60,125 nt of DNA from a virus (Duplodnaviria > Caudoviricetes). Below, piece by piece: positions 28,859 to 37,311 of this stretch. The position numbers and the translations under genes are program-made. Positions within the stretch are counted from its first letter, which is position 1, and every line of letters starts with the position of its first letter. The stretch spans positions 1 to 60,125 of the IMG/VR virus record IMGVR_UViG_3300043485_000026. The stretch is one strand, 5' to 3'. Under the pieces are notes generated by a model. That model did not search any database. It saw only the letters and a program-made list of their open reading frames with translations, and was not told the DNA's origin.

Positions 28859-29265
28859 GCCGCCGGCCTCTTGCCGTACGTGACGCCACCGATGATCTCG
28901 CGTTCGTCCAAGCGGAGGCGAGCGCTCCAATCTACGATCGATTTCAACTGAGATCTTTCGCCCTCAAGGCCACGCAAACGCTCGGTTTGGACGCGTACCA
29001 TCCCAGCGGCAAGATCGCGGGCGTAACACTCATCGGCGCTATCAGCCTTCGCTTTGGCTTCGCGTGCGCTTGCGGTTCCTTCGGCTCGGATGAATGCTGC
29101 GCTGAACGCCTTGCGATATAGCCGCTCGGTTTCCGCGGCGTTCTCAACCATCTGCTGCAACGTGTCCTCCGCAGCGCGACGCTGGCGAGCCATCGCGCGG
29201 GATGCCTCCCTGGCTTCTGAAATCTCTAGCGGTTCTTCGAGATTGAGGGCCGCTGGGTTTGTCAT
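28855..29265 (-). CDS. Coiled-coil hypothetical protein
   Basis: 136 aa, coupled overlaps. Confidence 0.6.
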   Translation of the reverse strand: MTNPAALNLEEPLEISEAREASRAMARQRRAAEDTLQQMVENAAETERLYRKAFSAAFIRAEGTASAREAKAKADSADECYARDLAAGMVRVQTERLRGLEGERSQLKSIVDWSARLRLDEREIIGGVTYGKRPAA

Positions 29266-29440
29266 CGCAGGTGACCTCGAAGGAAGTCGGAGGCGTCATA
29301 CAAGCCATACGCCACGGCAATCAACTCCAATGCACGTAGCTGTGCGTCAAGCGACACCTGAGTCTGGGGATGCCTTTGGATCTTGCTAACCTCAAGGCGC
29401 TCCGCAAGCCCAACTGCCTCATCGAACGCCTCCCGCGTGA

Positions 29441-29941
29441 TCATGACTCGACAGCCTCGCTCGTCACGGCCTCTTCGCGCAGATCCCGCAGGCTCGGCTG
29501 AGACACCGTTGCGCAGGCAGCCAACTCCGCAGCCGCCTTCGGATCGCTCACGGTCAACCGACCGATCAGGGCCTTCAACTGCACGGCATCCGGCTTCGGT
29601 TTCAGTGGCAACGCCCGGTCCATGTCGGAACGGTAGATCACGTGGTCATCCACGAGCCTCTTGAGCACAGCCTTCGTGGCGCCCAACGGCCAGTTCGTCG
29701 TCTCCTGAACTTTGAAGACATACCCAGCCTCACGGGACGTGCCGATGCCGTAGCGTTCGCGCATCTCAGCACCAATCGCATATCGGGCTGCTGTGACCTC
29801 GCGACGCAGCTCATCCACACACGTCTCAGCCTCAAGGATCGCGCGATCAGATGCCTCCTTGATCGGCACCATCTCGCCCGTACCGGGATCAGCTACGCAG
29901 ACGGTCAGCGCCTGATCGTCATAGCGGATCGGGAGACTCAT
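29441..29941 (-). CDS. Hypothetical protein next to the recombinase
   Basis: ATGA overlap with the annealing-protein stop. Confidence 0.6.
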   Translation of the reverse strand: MSLPIRYDDQALTVCVADPGTGEMVPIKEASDRAILEAETCVDELRREVTAARYAIGAEMRERYGIGTSREAGYVFKVQETTNWPLGATKAVLKRLVDDHVIYRSDMDRALPLKPKPDAVQLKALIGRLTVSDPKAAAELAACATVSQPSLRDLREEAVTSEAVES

Positions 29942-30837
29942 GCCCTCGCCTTCGCTCTCTTTTTCTCCACCCAAGCAGCTACCCGCTGCTGCTGCTTCGC
30001 CTCGAACGCAGCGACCACGCTGATCAACCTCTCGTCGTCCTCAAACGCGTCCTCAGGCCAGGTTTGGCCTGTTGCGTGCTGAATGGCTTTGCGCAAGTCA
30101 TCGCGCGGGATCGCTGCTGAGTCGGCATTCAGGATCAGGTCAGCGGCAGCCGGATTCCCAATCAGACCGTTCTGCGGACCTGCGACAGGTGCTTCCGGTG
30201 CGATCGTAGCCGGGACATCAGATGCGGGGGCTTCCGGCTCATGATCGGCCGTCGTGCGCTCAACATCGCCGTGACCAAGGGGCTTACCGAATGCTTCGGC
30301 GCCGTGGTCTTGCAACCAGCGCCTGTAACGAGCGCGAAGCTCCAGTTCGCCCTTCGGCTCCAGATAGAACTTGGGGACGGATTGGGCGTCCTTCTTCCAC
30401 ACACGGACGTGGCCGTCGCGTGCATAGAGCGTCAAGCCCGGCAGCGCATAGAGCGATACCCCCACGCCGAAGTGGACGGCGGCTCGCTTCAGCGCGTCTG
30501 AGTAGAGCGCCTTCAAACCCATATCGGTCTTCACGTTCTCGCTATGACCCACGTCTGAGCGGATCAGCCCGTCTACCTGGAGATGGCACAGCATCCCCCC
30601 TGGAACCGGCTCGAAGCGATGGTTCCAAAGATGTGGGCAAACAAGATTTAGGCGCTCGCCCACCAAGCGGGCGTCGATGTACGCGGCGCACGTAGCGCGA
30701 GCCTTCTGCTGATCCTCGCCGTTGCGACCTTCGAGAATGCGGAACTTGATCGCTGCTGGCTCGAAGGGTCGGCGTAGGTGTGTAGCCGCTTCTCGAAAGC
30801 TGTCGACGGGAAGCTCCGGCTGTGTCTCGTCGCTCAT
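29938..30837 (-). CDS. Rad52/Rad22-family single-strand annealing protein (Sak-like)
   Basis: L..PF....I.FR, AYIDAR.V.ERLN.V, C.L.V.G..R.DVG, K..YSDALKRAAV.FGVG..LY. Confidence 0.9.
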   Translation of the reverse strand: MSDETQPELPVDSFREAATHLRRPFEPAAIKFRILEGRNGEDQQKARATCAAYIDARLVGERLNLVCPHLWNHRFEPVPGGMLCHLQVDGLIRSDVGHSENVKTDMGLKALYSDALKRAAVHFGVGVSLYALPGLTLYARDGHVRVWKKDAQSVPKFYLEPKGELELRARYRRWLQDHGAEAFGKPLGHGDVERTTADHEPEAPASDVPATIAPEAPVAGPQNGLIGNPAAADLILNADSAAIPRDDLRKAIQHATGQTWPEDAFEDDERLISVVAAFEAKQQQRVAAWVEKKRAKARA

Positions 30838-31516
30838 CGCTCGGCCGTCCCATCAGCCTGAGCGACCATCCAGATATGCAAGGACAGCACGGCTTCCAAA
30901 TAGCCTTCATCGAAGCGACTGTCGGGAAGTAGCTTCCCCATCACACGTAGCTTTGCGTCTAGCGCATTCAAGATCCGGTTCCGCTCGGCGGCCTGCCATT
31001 CCCGCTTCAAGTCCTCAAGACCCAACATGTCCTCAGGCACCATGCCGCTCCCTCGAAACCATGATCGTGAACCCGTCCGGGTCAGCGTTGTACCTGCCAG
31101 CACGTCGCAACGCATCTTCGACAGCCTCGCCCAACGAACCGTCTTCCACCCAGCGGATCACGCCGAAGACGGCCCCATGCTGAGTGATCGTGACCTTGCA
31201 ACACGCTGCTTCAGCCTCGGGCGCATGCACATACGGAACGCGCTTGTCTAGCCCCTCATGATGCTTGGCGAGATGACCGTGCTCCCTCGCAAGATGCGCG
31301 TCGGTACTCATCGCTCGGCCTCTTGTTCGATCCACAACACCCGGTTTGAACGAATCAACTTCTCGCGCCCGTCACCTGGATCAGTCACGGGCGCCCAACG
31401 ATCATCAAGCGATTCGATCCGCTCGAACACTTCTTGGACCGTTTCGCTGACCCGTACGTAGTGCCCACCTTCTAGATAGATACGAGTGGCAGTAGATGCG
31501 TCAACGTCCGTGCTCA

Positions 31517-31852
31517 TCAGTTCTTCCCCTTCGTCTTGTAGGAGACGGACACGCCGCCCCTTGCCGTATGGCACAACTCAGGCATCACCGACAGGCACTC
31601 AGCAGCGATCTTGTCGGACTCGCAGCGATCACAAAAGATGCGCGTGATCGCAAGCCGCAGCCGCTCCGCGTCAGGGTCGGTCGCAAGTAGCGCCCGAATA
31701 CGATCGTGCCGGGAGGCCGGGATAGGCCACTTCCCCTGCATCCAATGCGACACCGTTTCAGCGCGGATGCCCAGATGCCGAGCGAGCCACGCTTGCGAAC
31801 GCTGCGCTGCTTGCAGCATGTCGCGCAGCTCGTCGGGATCTAAGTCAGTCAT
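31517..31852 (-). CDS. XRE-type HTH transcriptional regulator
   Basis: LR..L.....SQ.WLA..LGI...TVS.W..G..PIP. Confidence 0.8.
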   Translation of the reverse strand: MTDLDPDELRDMLQAAQRSQAWLARHLGIRAETVSHWMQGKWPIPASRHDRIRALLATDPDAERLRLAITRIFCDRCESDKIAAECLSVMPELCHTARGGVSVSYKTKGKN

Positions 31853-32126
31853 CGACCTGTACGCCCGGGAAGTACACGATCACGGACGTTCCCATGCTGT
31901 CCTCGCGTGCCTTCCGCGCCAGCAGCTCCGCTGTGTCGTAGTCCTCCGCGGCTAGTTCAACGAAGAATCCGTAGGCATCGCGAGAGTCGTTGAACACGAT
32001 CCCTAGGCACTCTTCGCCATACATTCCGCGCCCGCTATAGCTACGAATATCCTCGTAGTCCCAGTTGCCGCCCTGGCTGTCGAGGGCGTCTTCGATGGCC
32101 TGCTGTGAGATCTTGGTGGCTTCCAT
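31845..32126 (-). CDS. Conserved phage protein (leaderless)
   Basis: RSYSGRGMYG..CLGIV...DSMG...IVYFP motif. Confidence 0.7.
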   Translation of the reverse strand: MEATKISQQAIEDALDSQGGNWDYEDIRSYSGRGMYGEECLGIVFNDSRDAYGFFVELAAEDYDTAELLARKAREDSMGTSVIVYFPGVQVDD

Positions 32127-32133
32127 ATGCAGG

Positions 32134-32162
32134 ATGCTACCGCAACGTTTCCTTTACGTCAA
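32134..32162 (-). promoter_or_regulatory. Sigma70-type promoter (leaderless, start of early region)
   Basis: TTGACG-N17-TAGCAT-N7-ATG(32126). Confidence 0.75.
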
Positions 32163-32468
32163 GGGTCTTTGCACATCAGCGCGCGATCGCCCACCGCACG
32201 CACAGCCTGCAACTCCGTCTCGCCCATATCCACACGAAACGGACTGGACTGCCGCAACAGCACAGCAACCACAAGCTCCAAATCCCGGATGCGCTCAGCG
32301 TCCGTCACAGCTTGTGCTCAGCGAGAAACAGCTTCGACCGATCAATCATCATCACGGCCGTCAACCCGTACGCCTCGCTATCCGGTGCCGGCAGTCCCAT
32401 CGCGAACTCGCGGATCAACGCGGCCGCAGCATCCGACACGTCACGACCCCGACCACAACACTCGATGC

Positions 32469-33098
32469 TCATGACCTCGCCTCCAAAGACTTGACCCGCG
32501 CTCGGCGCTCGCCCGTCCAACCCGACTTCTTCGCCGCGCGCCTAATCCGAAGAGCCTGCGCTCGCATACACGCCCTGAGCACCAGCCGGCGCCTCAGGGG
32601 AGGATGGCGGTCGATCTCACGAATCCAGCGCATCTCCGACGCTGTATAGCCCTTCCAACGATTCTCCGTCTTCAAGAACAAGGCGCGCTCAGCAAGACGG
32701 CGACGCGTCAGGCCGGACAAGGCACGCCCGCCGGCCTTGTCCCACTCAAGCAGATGGTTCGCAGCGCTCTGCCAGTCATGGGCTCGCAGCGCCTTGCCTA
32801 CGCCCGTATTGGATCCCACGCCGCCGGGACCGACGTTGTAGACGAACGAGACCAAGGCATCGAACTGGTTCTGGTTGAGCGGGAGGCCAAGAGCATTGAT
32901 CGCCGCGCCGTACGAAGCGTCAATCTCGCGCATCATGCGACGCTCAGCCTGCGGCCTAGTCATCGGCTTGGTGTTCATCGTGACGCCCTTGGTAGAGCCA
33001 AAGCCGATGGTTGCCACACCTACCGGGTCGCGATACGGGAGTCGAGAGAAGCCCTCAAAACTCTCAATGAGGTGCGCTCCGTCCGTGGATAGCTGCAT
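32469..33098 (-). CDS. Endolysin, GH24 lysozyme
   Basis: I..FEG....Y.D..G..TIG.G, NQ.DALVSF.YNVG, W.KAGG..L.GL.RRR..E..LF; basic tail. Confidence 0.95.
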   Translation of the reverse strand: MQLSTDGAHLIESFEGFSRLPYRDPVGVATIGFGSTKGVTMNTKPMTRPQAERRMMREIDASYGAAINALGLPLNQNQFDALVSFVYNVGPGGVGSNTGVGKALRAHDWQSAANHLLEWDKAGGRALSGLTRRRLAERALFLKTENRWKGYTASEMRWIREIDRHPPLRRRLVLRACMRAQALRIRRAAKKSGWTGERRARVKSLEARS

Positions 33099-33569
33099 TT
33101 AGTGCCTCCCTAGTTTCCGCCGCTCAGCAACCAGATGCGCGAGCTGCTGCGGATTCTTCGGCCGCGGGCGTCTCCTGAAAGACCAGTGATGCGCCTCAAC
33201 ACCTCGTGAGTACGGATGCCAGACCTCCCAGCCCAACGAACGCGCGGCCCTCGTGATTGCATCACGGTCCGCTGTGCTGTTGGAGCCCGAATCAACTCCG
33301 ATCGACCATTCTGGCAAGCGCTTGCCGCGAACGCCGTACACCCCGTCGCCACGCAACTCATGCGATGAGAAACCGGGCGGGTTGCTAATCCCTGGATACT
33401 TGCGATGGATCTCGGCTTGCGTAGATTTGCCGTGCGCGTGCAGTAGCCCTCGTGCGTCCTCGCCGCGGTAGACGCTGTTCGCGCTTTGTCCGGCCTTACG
33501 AAGCACTCGTTGGATGTATGGCGCGATGCTCGCAGGGCACGGGCACCCATCGACAAGGACGAGTCTCAT
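33099..33569 (-). CDS. Putative M15/LAS-type Zn peptidase (second lysin)
   Basis: S.YR, Q, NPPG.SSH, G.D, GW, E.HH motifs; lies between the holin and the lysozyme. Confidence 0.7.
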   Translation of the reverse strand: MRLVLVDGCPCPASIAPYIQRVLRKAGQSANSVYRGEDARGLLHAHGKSTQAEIHRKYPGISNPPGFSSHELRGDGVYGVRGKRLPEWSIGVDSGSNSTADRDAITRAARSLGWEVWHPYSRGVEAHHWSFRRRPRPKNPQQLAHLVAERRKLGRH

Positions 33570-33732
33570 GCCTCCGCCCGTTGGGAATCAAGGATGCAGC
33601 CAGCGAACACGGTCCAACGCTCGCGTTCAGCGTCGTCGCGTTCCTCCCAGCGTCCCGGCCACCGCCCGCCCGCCAAGTAGTGGCTCGTGACCCACTTGTG
33701 ATACATGGCTCGTGCGAGCAGCACCGGGCTCA

Positions 33733-33954
33733 TCAGTCCAGCCCCAGCAGCGCCGACGAATCACCGATCTTGTAGCGCCCACCACCAGCACGACCGGGCT
33801 CAACCGTGACGGTCATGTCCCGAAACACCAGGCCCGCCAAATGGTTGCGGACCGTTGCGGCTGGCGAACCCAAGCGTGCGCTCAGTTCGTCTGCTGTGAG
33901 ACCGGGACCGCCGTTGCGTGTCGCTAGCTCGCGACAGATCGCTTGGCTCATCAT
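33733..33954 (-). CDS. Small winged-HTH protein
   Basis: LT..ELS.RLG....TVRNHL..L. Confidence 0.65.
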   Translation of the reverse strand: MMSQAICRELATRNGGPGLTADELSARLGSPAATVRNHLAGLVFRDMTVTVEPGRAGGGRYKIGDSSALLGLD

Positions 33955-34139
33955 GCAGGAACCTTCTTGTCCTTCTTGAGGTAGCCCGCGGCGAACATCG
34001 CGACGGCCACGATCGACGTGGCAACCTCAGGCGGCATGTCGAGCCCAAGCGCGTTAGCAATGACGACAAGGCCGCCTGCGAGAACCCCAGCGATCCCGGT
34101 TGCAGCGATCTTTGGCTTAGGCTTCAAATCCGTTCGCAT
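33951..34139 (-). CDS. Putative holin (2 TM)
   Basis: 62 aa, two hydrophobic helices and a basic C-terminus, upstream of the lysins. Confidence 0.75.
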   Translation of the reverse strand: MRTDLKPKPKIAATGIAGVLAGGLVVIANALGLDMPPEVATSIVAVAMFAAGYLKKDKKVPA

Positions 34140-34142
34140 GTA

Positions 34143-34385
34143 CTAGTCCCTTTCCTGAGGCTGCACGCGGTGCTCTTTCAGAGCCCTCAAACCCGCCTGC
34201 GAACTGGCGAGGACCGGCGACCACAAAGCGATCTGCTCGTTAGCAGCACCGATCCGTTCTTCGGCTTCCGTAAGACGCGCCTGCAGCAACTTTGCTTGCT
34301 CGTCGGAGGGCGAAAACTGCTCGACTGATCCGTCTGAGTCTTCCTCGAATCGCCGTAGTTTTTCTTCTCGTTCGTCAACGTACAT
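34143..34385 (-). CDS. Small coiled-coil hypothetical protein
   Basis: 80 aa; its RBS GAAAGGGACTAG is the same as the holin's. Confidence 0.6.
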   Translation of the reverse strand: MYVDEREEKLRRFEEDSDGSVEQFSPSDEQAKLLQARLTEAEERIGAANEQIALWSPVLASSQAGLRALKEHRVQPQERD

Positions 34386-34419
34386 GTGCTAGTCCCTTTC
34401 CCTTGCTAGTCCCAGAGCA

Positions 34420-34464
34420 GAAGAAAAGCCAGCGAGCCGCAGGGGACTACAGCGGCCCGCTGGC
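34420..34464 (-). terminator. Intrinsic terminator with anti-RBS loop
   Basis: 13-bp stem (one G.U), loop UGUAGUCCCCU, followed by UUUUCUUCU. Confidence 0.75.
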
Positions 34465-34656
34465 AACAAACAGTCTGACGGAGCATCGGACGACCTCAGC
34501 GAGGCCACCAGCTACCGCCCCTCAACAGGCGCAACGAACGGGCCGGCTGCCAAACCATCTGAGCCAACCCCAACACGACGAGTGCTGCAAACACTGCGAT
34601 TCCCTGCTTCTCTGCGAGTGGCACAAGGTGCCTTCCGATCAACGTGCATTCCCGAA

Positions 34657-34908
34657 TCAGTCCCCAAGCATGCCGTTGACCTCAAGCAGAATGTCCGCGA
34701 CCTCAGTGGGCATCGGCAGTCGAGACCAGCGGCCGGGCTCCCGGACCGTGGTTGCTTCCGCAGCCCACGTTAGTGCAGCCCGTTGTTCTGGCTGCAACGA
34801 CCGCCAGTGCGCTGAGCAGATCCCACCATGCTCGTTGCCCGGTGCTTTACAAGGCTCGCCGTTCGATAGCTCGCCGCACGTCTGGTCCCATCTCAGGTCG
34901 CAGCTCAC
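34657..34908 (-). CDS. Hypothetical protein with Cys/His motif
   Basis: CG....G.PC.......C..H. Confidence 0.5.
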   Translation of the reverse strand: MSCDLRWDQTCGELSNGEPCKAPGNEHGGICSAHWRSLQPEQRAALTWAAEATTVREPGRWSRLPMPTEVADILLEVNGMLGD

Positions 34909-35144
34909 AGCAGCTTCTCCGCCACGACCGGCTTTGGCTTCGGTTCATTGCCTGGCGCCACAGCCATATGGCCATAATCCCGATCGCACTCCACATCCCT
35001 GCTACTGAGCAGGATGCGATGCAGATCCGGTGTCAAATCGATGACGGTCGGGGTCATCATTGGCGAGTCCCTTCCATTCCTTGGACGCCTTGTATGTACC
35101 TAAAGACACTAACCGAGCTATCGGTCGGGACTTGGTTAGAGGAC

Positions 35145-35179
35145 ATCGTAGCACATCTGTGATACGTACGTGCTACGAT
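35145..35179. promoter_or_regulatory. Inverted repeat forming back-to-back extended -10 promoters / operator
   Basis: ATCGTAGCAC-N15-GTGCTACGAT. Each arm reads TGcTACGAT outward, and the + arm is 6 nt before ATG 35186. Confidence 0.65.
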
Positions 35180-35185
35180 CGTAGG

Positions 35186-35398
35186 ATGCACAATCTAAGC
35201 ATCCGACTCACAGACACCGAACTAGCGGAACTCGACCAGCTTGTCGCTGCAACCCGGCGCTACTACCAGGACAAGGCCATCACGAACCCCGGCTGTGCTC
35301 GAATCGCCGATGCCTGCACAAGGTCCAGCGCCATCCGAGACCTGCTCAACGCATGGCGGCGCGGGCAGGCCAACGAGCTGTTCATCGCGAATGACTAA
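35186..35398 (+). CDS. Ribbon-helix-helix protein (leaderless)
   Basis: MHNLSIRLTD.EL..LD.L...TRS..IR.LL. Confidence 0.7.
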   Translation: MHNLSIRLTDTELAELDQLVAATRRYYQDKAITNPGCARIADACTRSSAIRDLLNAWRRGQANELFIAND

Positions 35399-35752
35399 GA
35401 GCGGGTATGGCCTCTGCCGATGTGGCTGCGGCCAACGAACGACCATATCGCCCAAGAACGATACGGCCGCGGGCTATATCAAGGGGCAGCCTCGCTCTTT
35501 CGTCAAGGGCCACTAACCATCGACCACCTCTGTCGTCGCCCATCTTGCATCAACCCGGATCATCTTGAGGTCGTTACGAAAGCCGAAAACACACGACGAG
35601 GGCGGGTAGCCAAACTAACAATCGAACAGGCGCGGGAGATACGTGCTCGACACCTAGCAGGCGAAGGCCCTAGTTCGCTGGGCCGAGCCTACGGCGTGAC
35701 CGCAAGCGCCATCAGCGCAATCGTTTCGGGCAAAAACTGGCGAGACGACTAG
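35391..35752 (+). pseudogene. HNH endonuclease pseudogene (deletion plus frameshift)
   Basis: N-part C.CGCG...G.P..FV.GH stops at 35516; C-part DH.C....C.NPDHL...EN plus HTH is in another frame; paralog of 54271-54897. Confidence 0.75.
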
Positions 35753-35913
35753 CGCCGGGAGAGGACAGACGTAGGCGGGAAAACGACCAGTCCTGATCCG
35801 TAGAAGCCCGATCCACTAGCCTCAACCCCATCGACATCGAAGTCATCGTAGGCAGCATCTGGCTCATCGTGTTCTTCGGCTACCTGATCTGGACCGCCAG
35901 CCTCTAGAAACGA

Positions 35914-35943
35914 GAACAGCCCCGCTCGGGGGCGGGGCTGTTC
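35914..35943. terminator. Hairpin (possibly bidirectional terminator)
   Basis: 12-bp stem gaacagccccgc/gcggggctgttc; U-rich tail on the - strand. Confidence 0.65.
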
Positions 35944-35949
35944 GTCGCT

Positions 35950-36215
35950 GATGGGACGCGGGGGTGCATCGAGGAAACCCGATCGTACCAAGGAAAACCT
36001 GCGGCGGGCGAGGCTGCTCCTTCGAAGACAACTGCCTCGCCGCCGCACTGGGTCCCATACGGGCTCGCGCAAAGGTACCGGCACAACGGCGGCCCGCAAC
36101 CAAGGCGGGCCGCTGAATCCCCGTGCATTGAAGCCTACAACGACCAGCGCCTCCCGATGTGTTGTCGGGAGGCGCTGATAGGCTGCTGTGAAAGTTGGAC
36201 CCGCGTCTGTCGAGG
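35950..36215 (+). ncRNA. Candidate structured ncRNA A
   Basis: Closing helix 35955-62/36200-07 encloses at least five hairpins; G.U pairs favour the + strand. Confidence 0.5.
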
Positions 36216-36287
36216 ACCGGGGCCATGACACCGGAGGGCAGATCCGATGCAAGACAAGTCTAACCGATGGTCCCGACAGGCAAGGCC

Positions 36288-36557
36288 ATGAAGCACGAGG
36301 GATCACGGCAGGTCGGAGGGTTTCGCAGCATCCCCGCTCCGGGTGCTCCTGCCAGGCTAGTATCTAAGGCGAAGGCTCGCAAGGCAAAGCACCGCGGACC
36401 TAAGCGCCAGCCTGAGACCCGAAGCCACAACGCTGTGTTCCACGCCGAGTTGCGTTGCCTGCGCTCCGCCCTATGGAACAACGATAACCCTCAGCGCATC
36501 GCCCATCTTGAACGACGCATAGACCTCATCGTCAACGAGTGGGAGCCCCACACGTAG
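36288..36557 (+). CDS. Basic hypothetical protein (coupled to a 14-aa upstream ORF at 36247-36291)
   Basis: SD GGAGGG before 36247; ATGA overlap at 36288-36291. Confidence 0.5.
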   Translation: MKHEGSRQVGGFRSIPAPGAPARLVSKAKARKAKHRGPKRQPETRSHNAVFHAELRCLRSALWNNDNPQRIAHLERRIDLIVNEWEPHT

Positions 36558-36579
36558 CTTTCTTCAGCACCCGAAAACG

Positions 36580-36616
36580 TGGAAGGCCGCCCGTACGATC
36601 GAGGGGCGGCCTTCCA
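36580..36616. terminator. Hairpin (possibly bidirectional terminator)
   Basis: 13-bp stem tggaaggccgccc/gggcggccttcca. Confidence 0.65.
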
Positions 36617-36619
36617 ACA

Positions 36620-36940
36620 GCTTCCTTATGCAAGGGATCTGGCCACAGAGTAGCACTAACCTCCTGCCCGGGGACGACAGCGCGAGCACCGGGACTCATC
36701 GACACCCCAGACAATCCGTACGTGGGCCGCAAGGCCGGTAGACGGAGACAACGCCCGCAAAGGGCACCTGGCAAAGCACGACCTGGGCAGGTCTGAGTCT
36801 CCGGCTATTCCTCGAAAGGGGGTAGTACGCCCAAGCATGCAGACACTCGCACTGCCAAGGCCAACAGGCCAACCGCCTCGCTACTTAGTCCGTTAGAGAT
36901 GCAGTTCGAAGCCCTGAGGGGCGAGGCCAACAAGGCTTGA
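36620..36940 (+). ncRNA. Candidate structured, pseudoknotted ncRNA B
   Basis: Crossing helices 36663-72/36782-91 and 36689-98/36794-804; GCAA and GAAA tetraloop hairpins. Confidence 0.55.
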
Positions 36941-37050
36941 ACGGAACGCCAACCGCTGATGTCTGCAAACTACGGAGCACCGGTACTTCTCGACGTGCGC
37001 ACGCGCGAATACCAAACCCAACCAAGAACCGCAACCCCAAAGGAAATCTC

Positions 37051-37311
37051 ATGCTCGATCAGGTCCCTATCAGGTCTATCCGGTCGGGTACACGTGTGCA
37101 GGTCCGCGACGCTTTCGGTCAAGGACTTCAGCGTGTCGCAACTGGGCCATTCGACCGCGGCTACGACTTCGCCGTCGTCTGGGCCTGTCGCCCGGAAGAG
37201 TGGGAAGCAGCACAGGCAGAGGGCCGAGAGCCGGACGCTACCCCATGGCCGATTGAGGACGTGACTATGAGTTGGCCCCTGAACGAGAAACGGCCCTGCC
37301 GCGGGGGATAG
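37051..37311 (+). CDS. Hypothetical protein
   Basis: SD AAAGGA, 86 aa, globular composition. Confidence 0.65.
   Translation: MLDQVPIRSIRSGTRVQVRDAFGQGLQRVATGPFDRGYDFAVVWACRPEEWEAAQAEGREPDATPWPIEDVTMSWPLNEKRPCRGG

Noticed and set aside
35749-36306. 185-aa - strand ORF (and the 238-aa + ORF at 34292-35008)
   Set aside because: No RBS or motifs; they run through terminators, hairpins or better-supported genes on the other strand.
36875-36930. tRNA (GTTCGAAGCCC resembles a T-loop; GCCTCGC/GCGAGGC resembles an acceptor stem)
   Set aside because: Only ~55 nt, with no D or anticodon arms and no paired T-stem.
36620-36940. Group I/II intron, RNase P or tmRNA
   Set aside because: No convincing P/Q/R/S, domain V, GAGGAAAGUCC or tRNA-like ends, and no interrupted host gene. 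Kept as an unassigned RNA.
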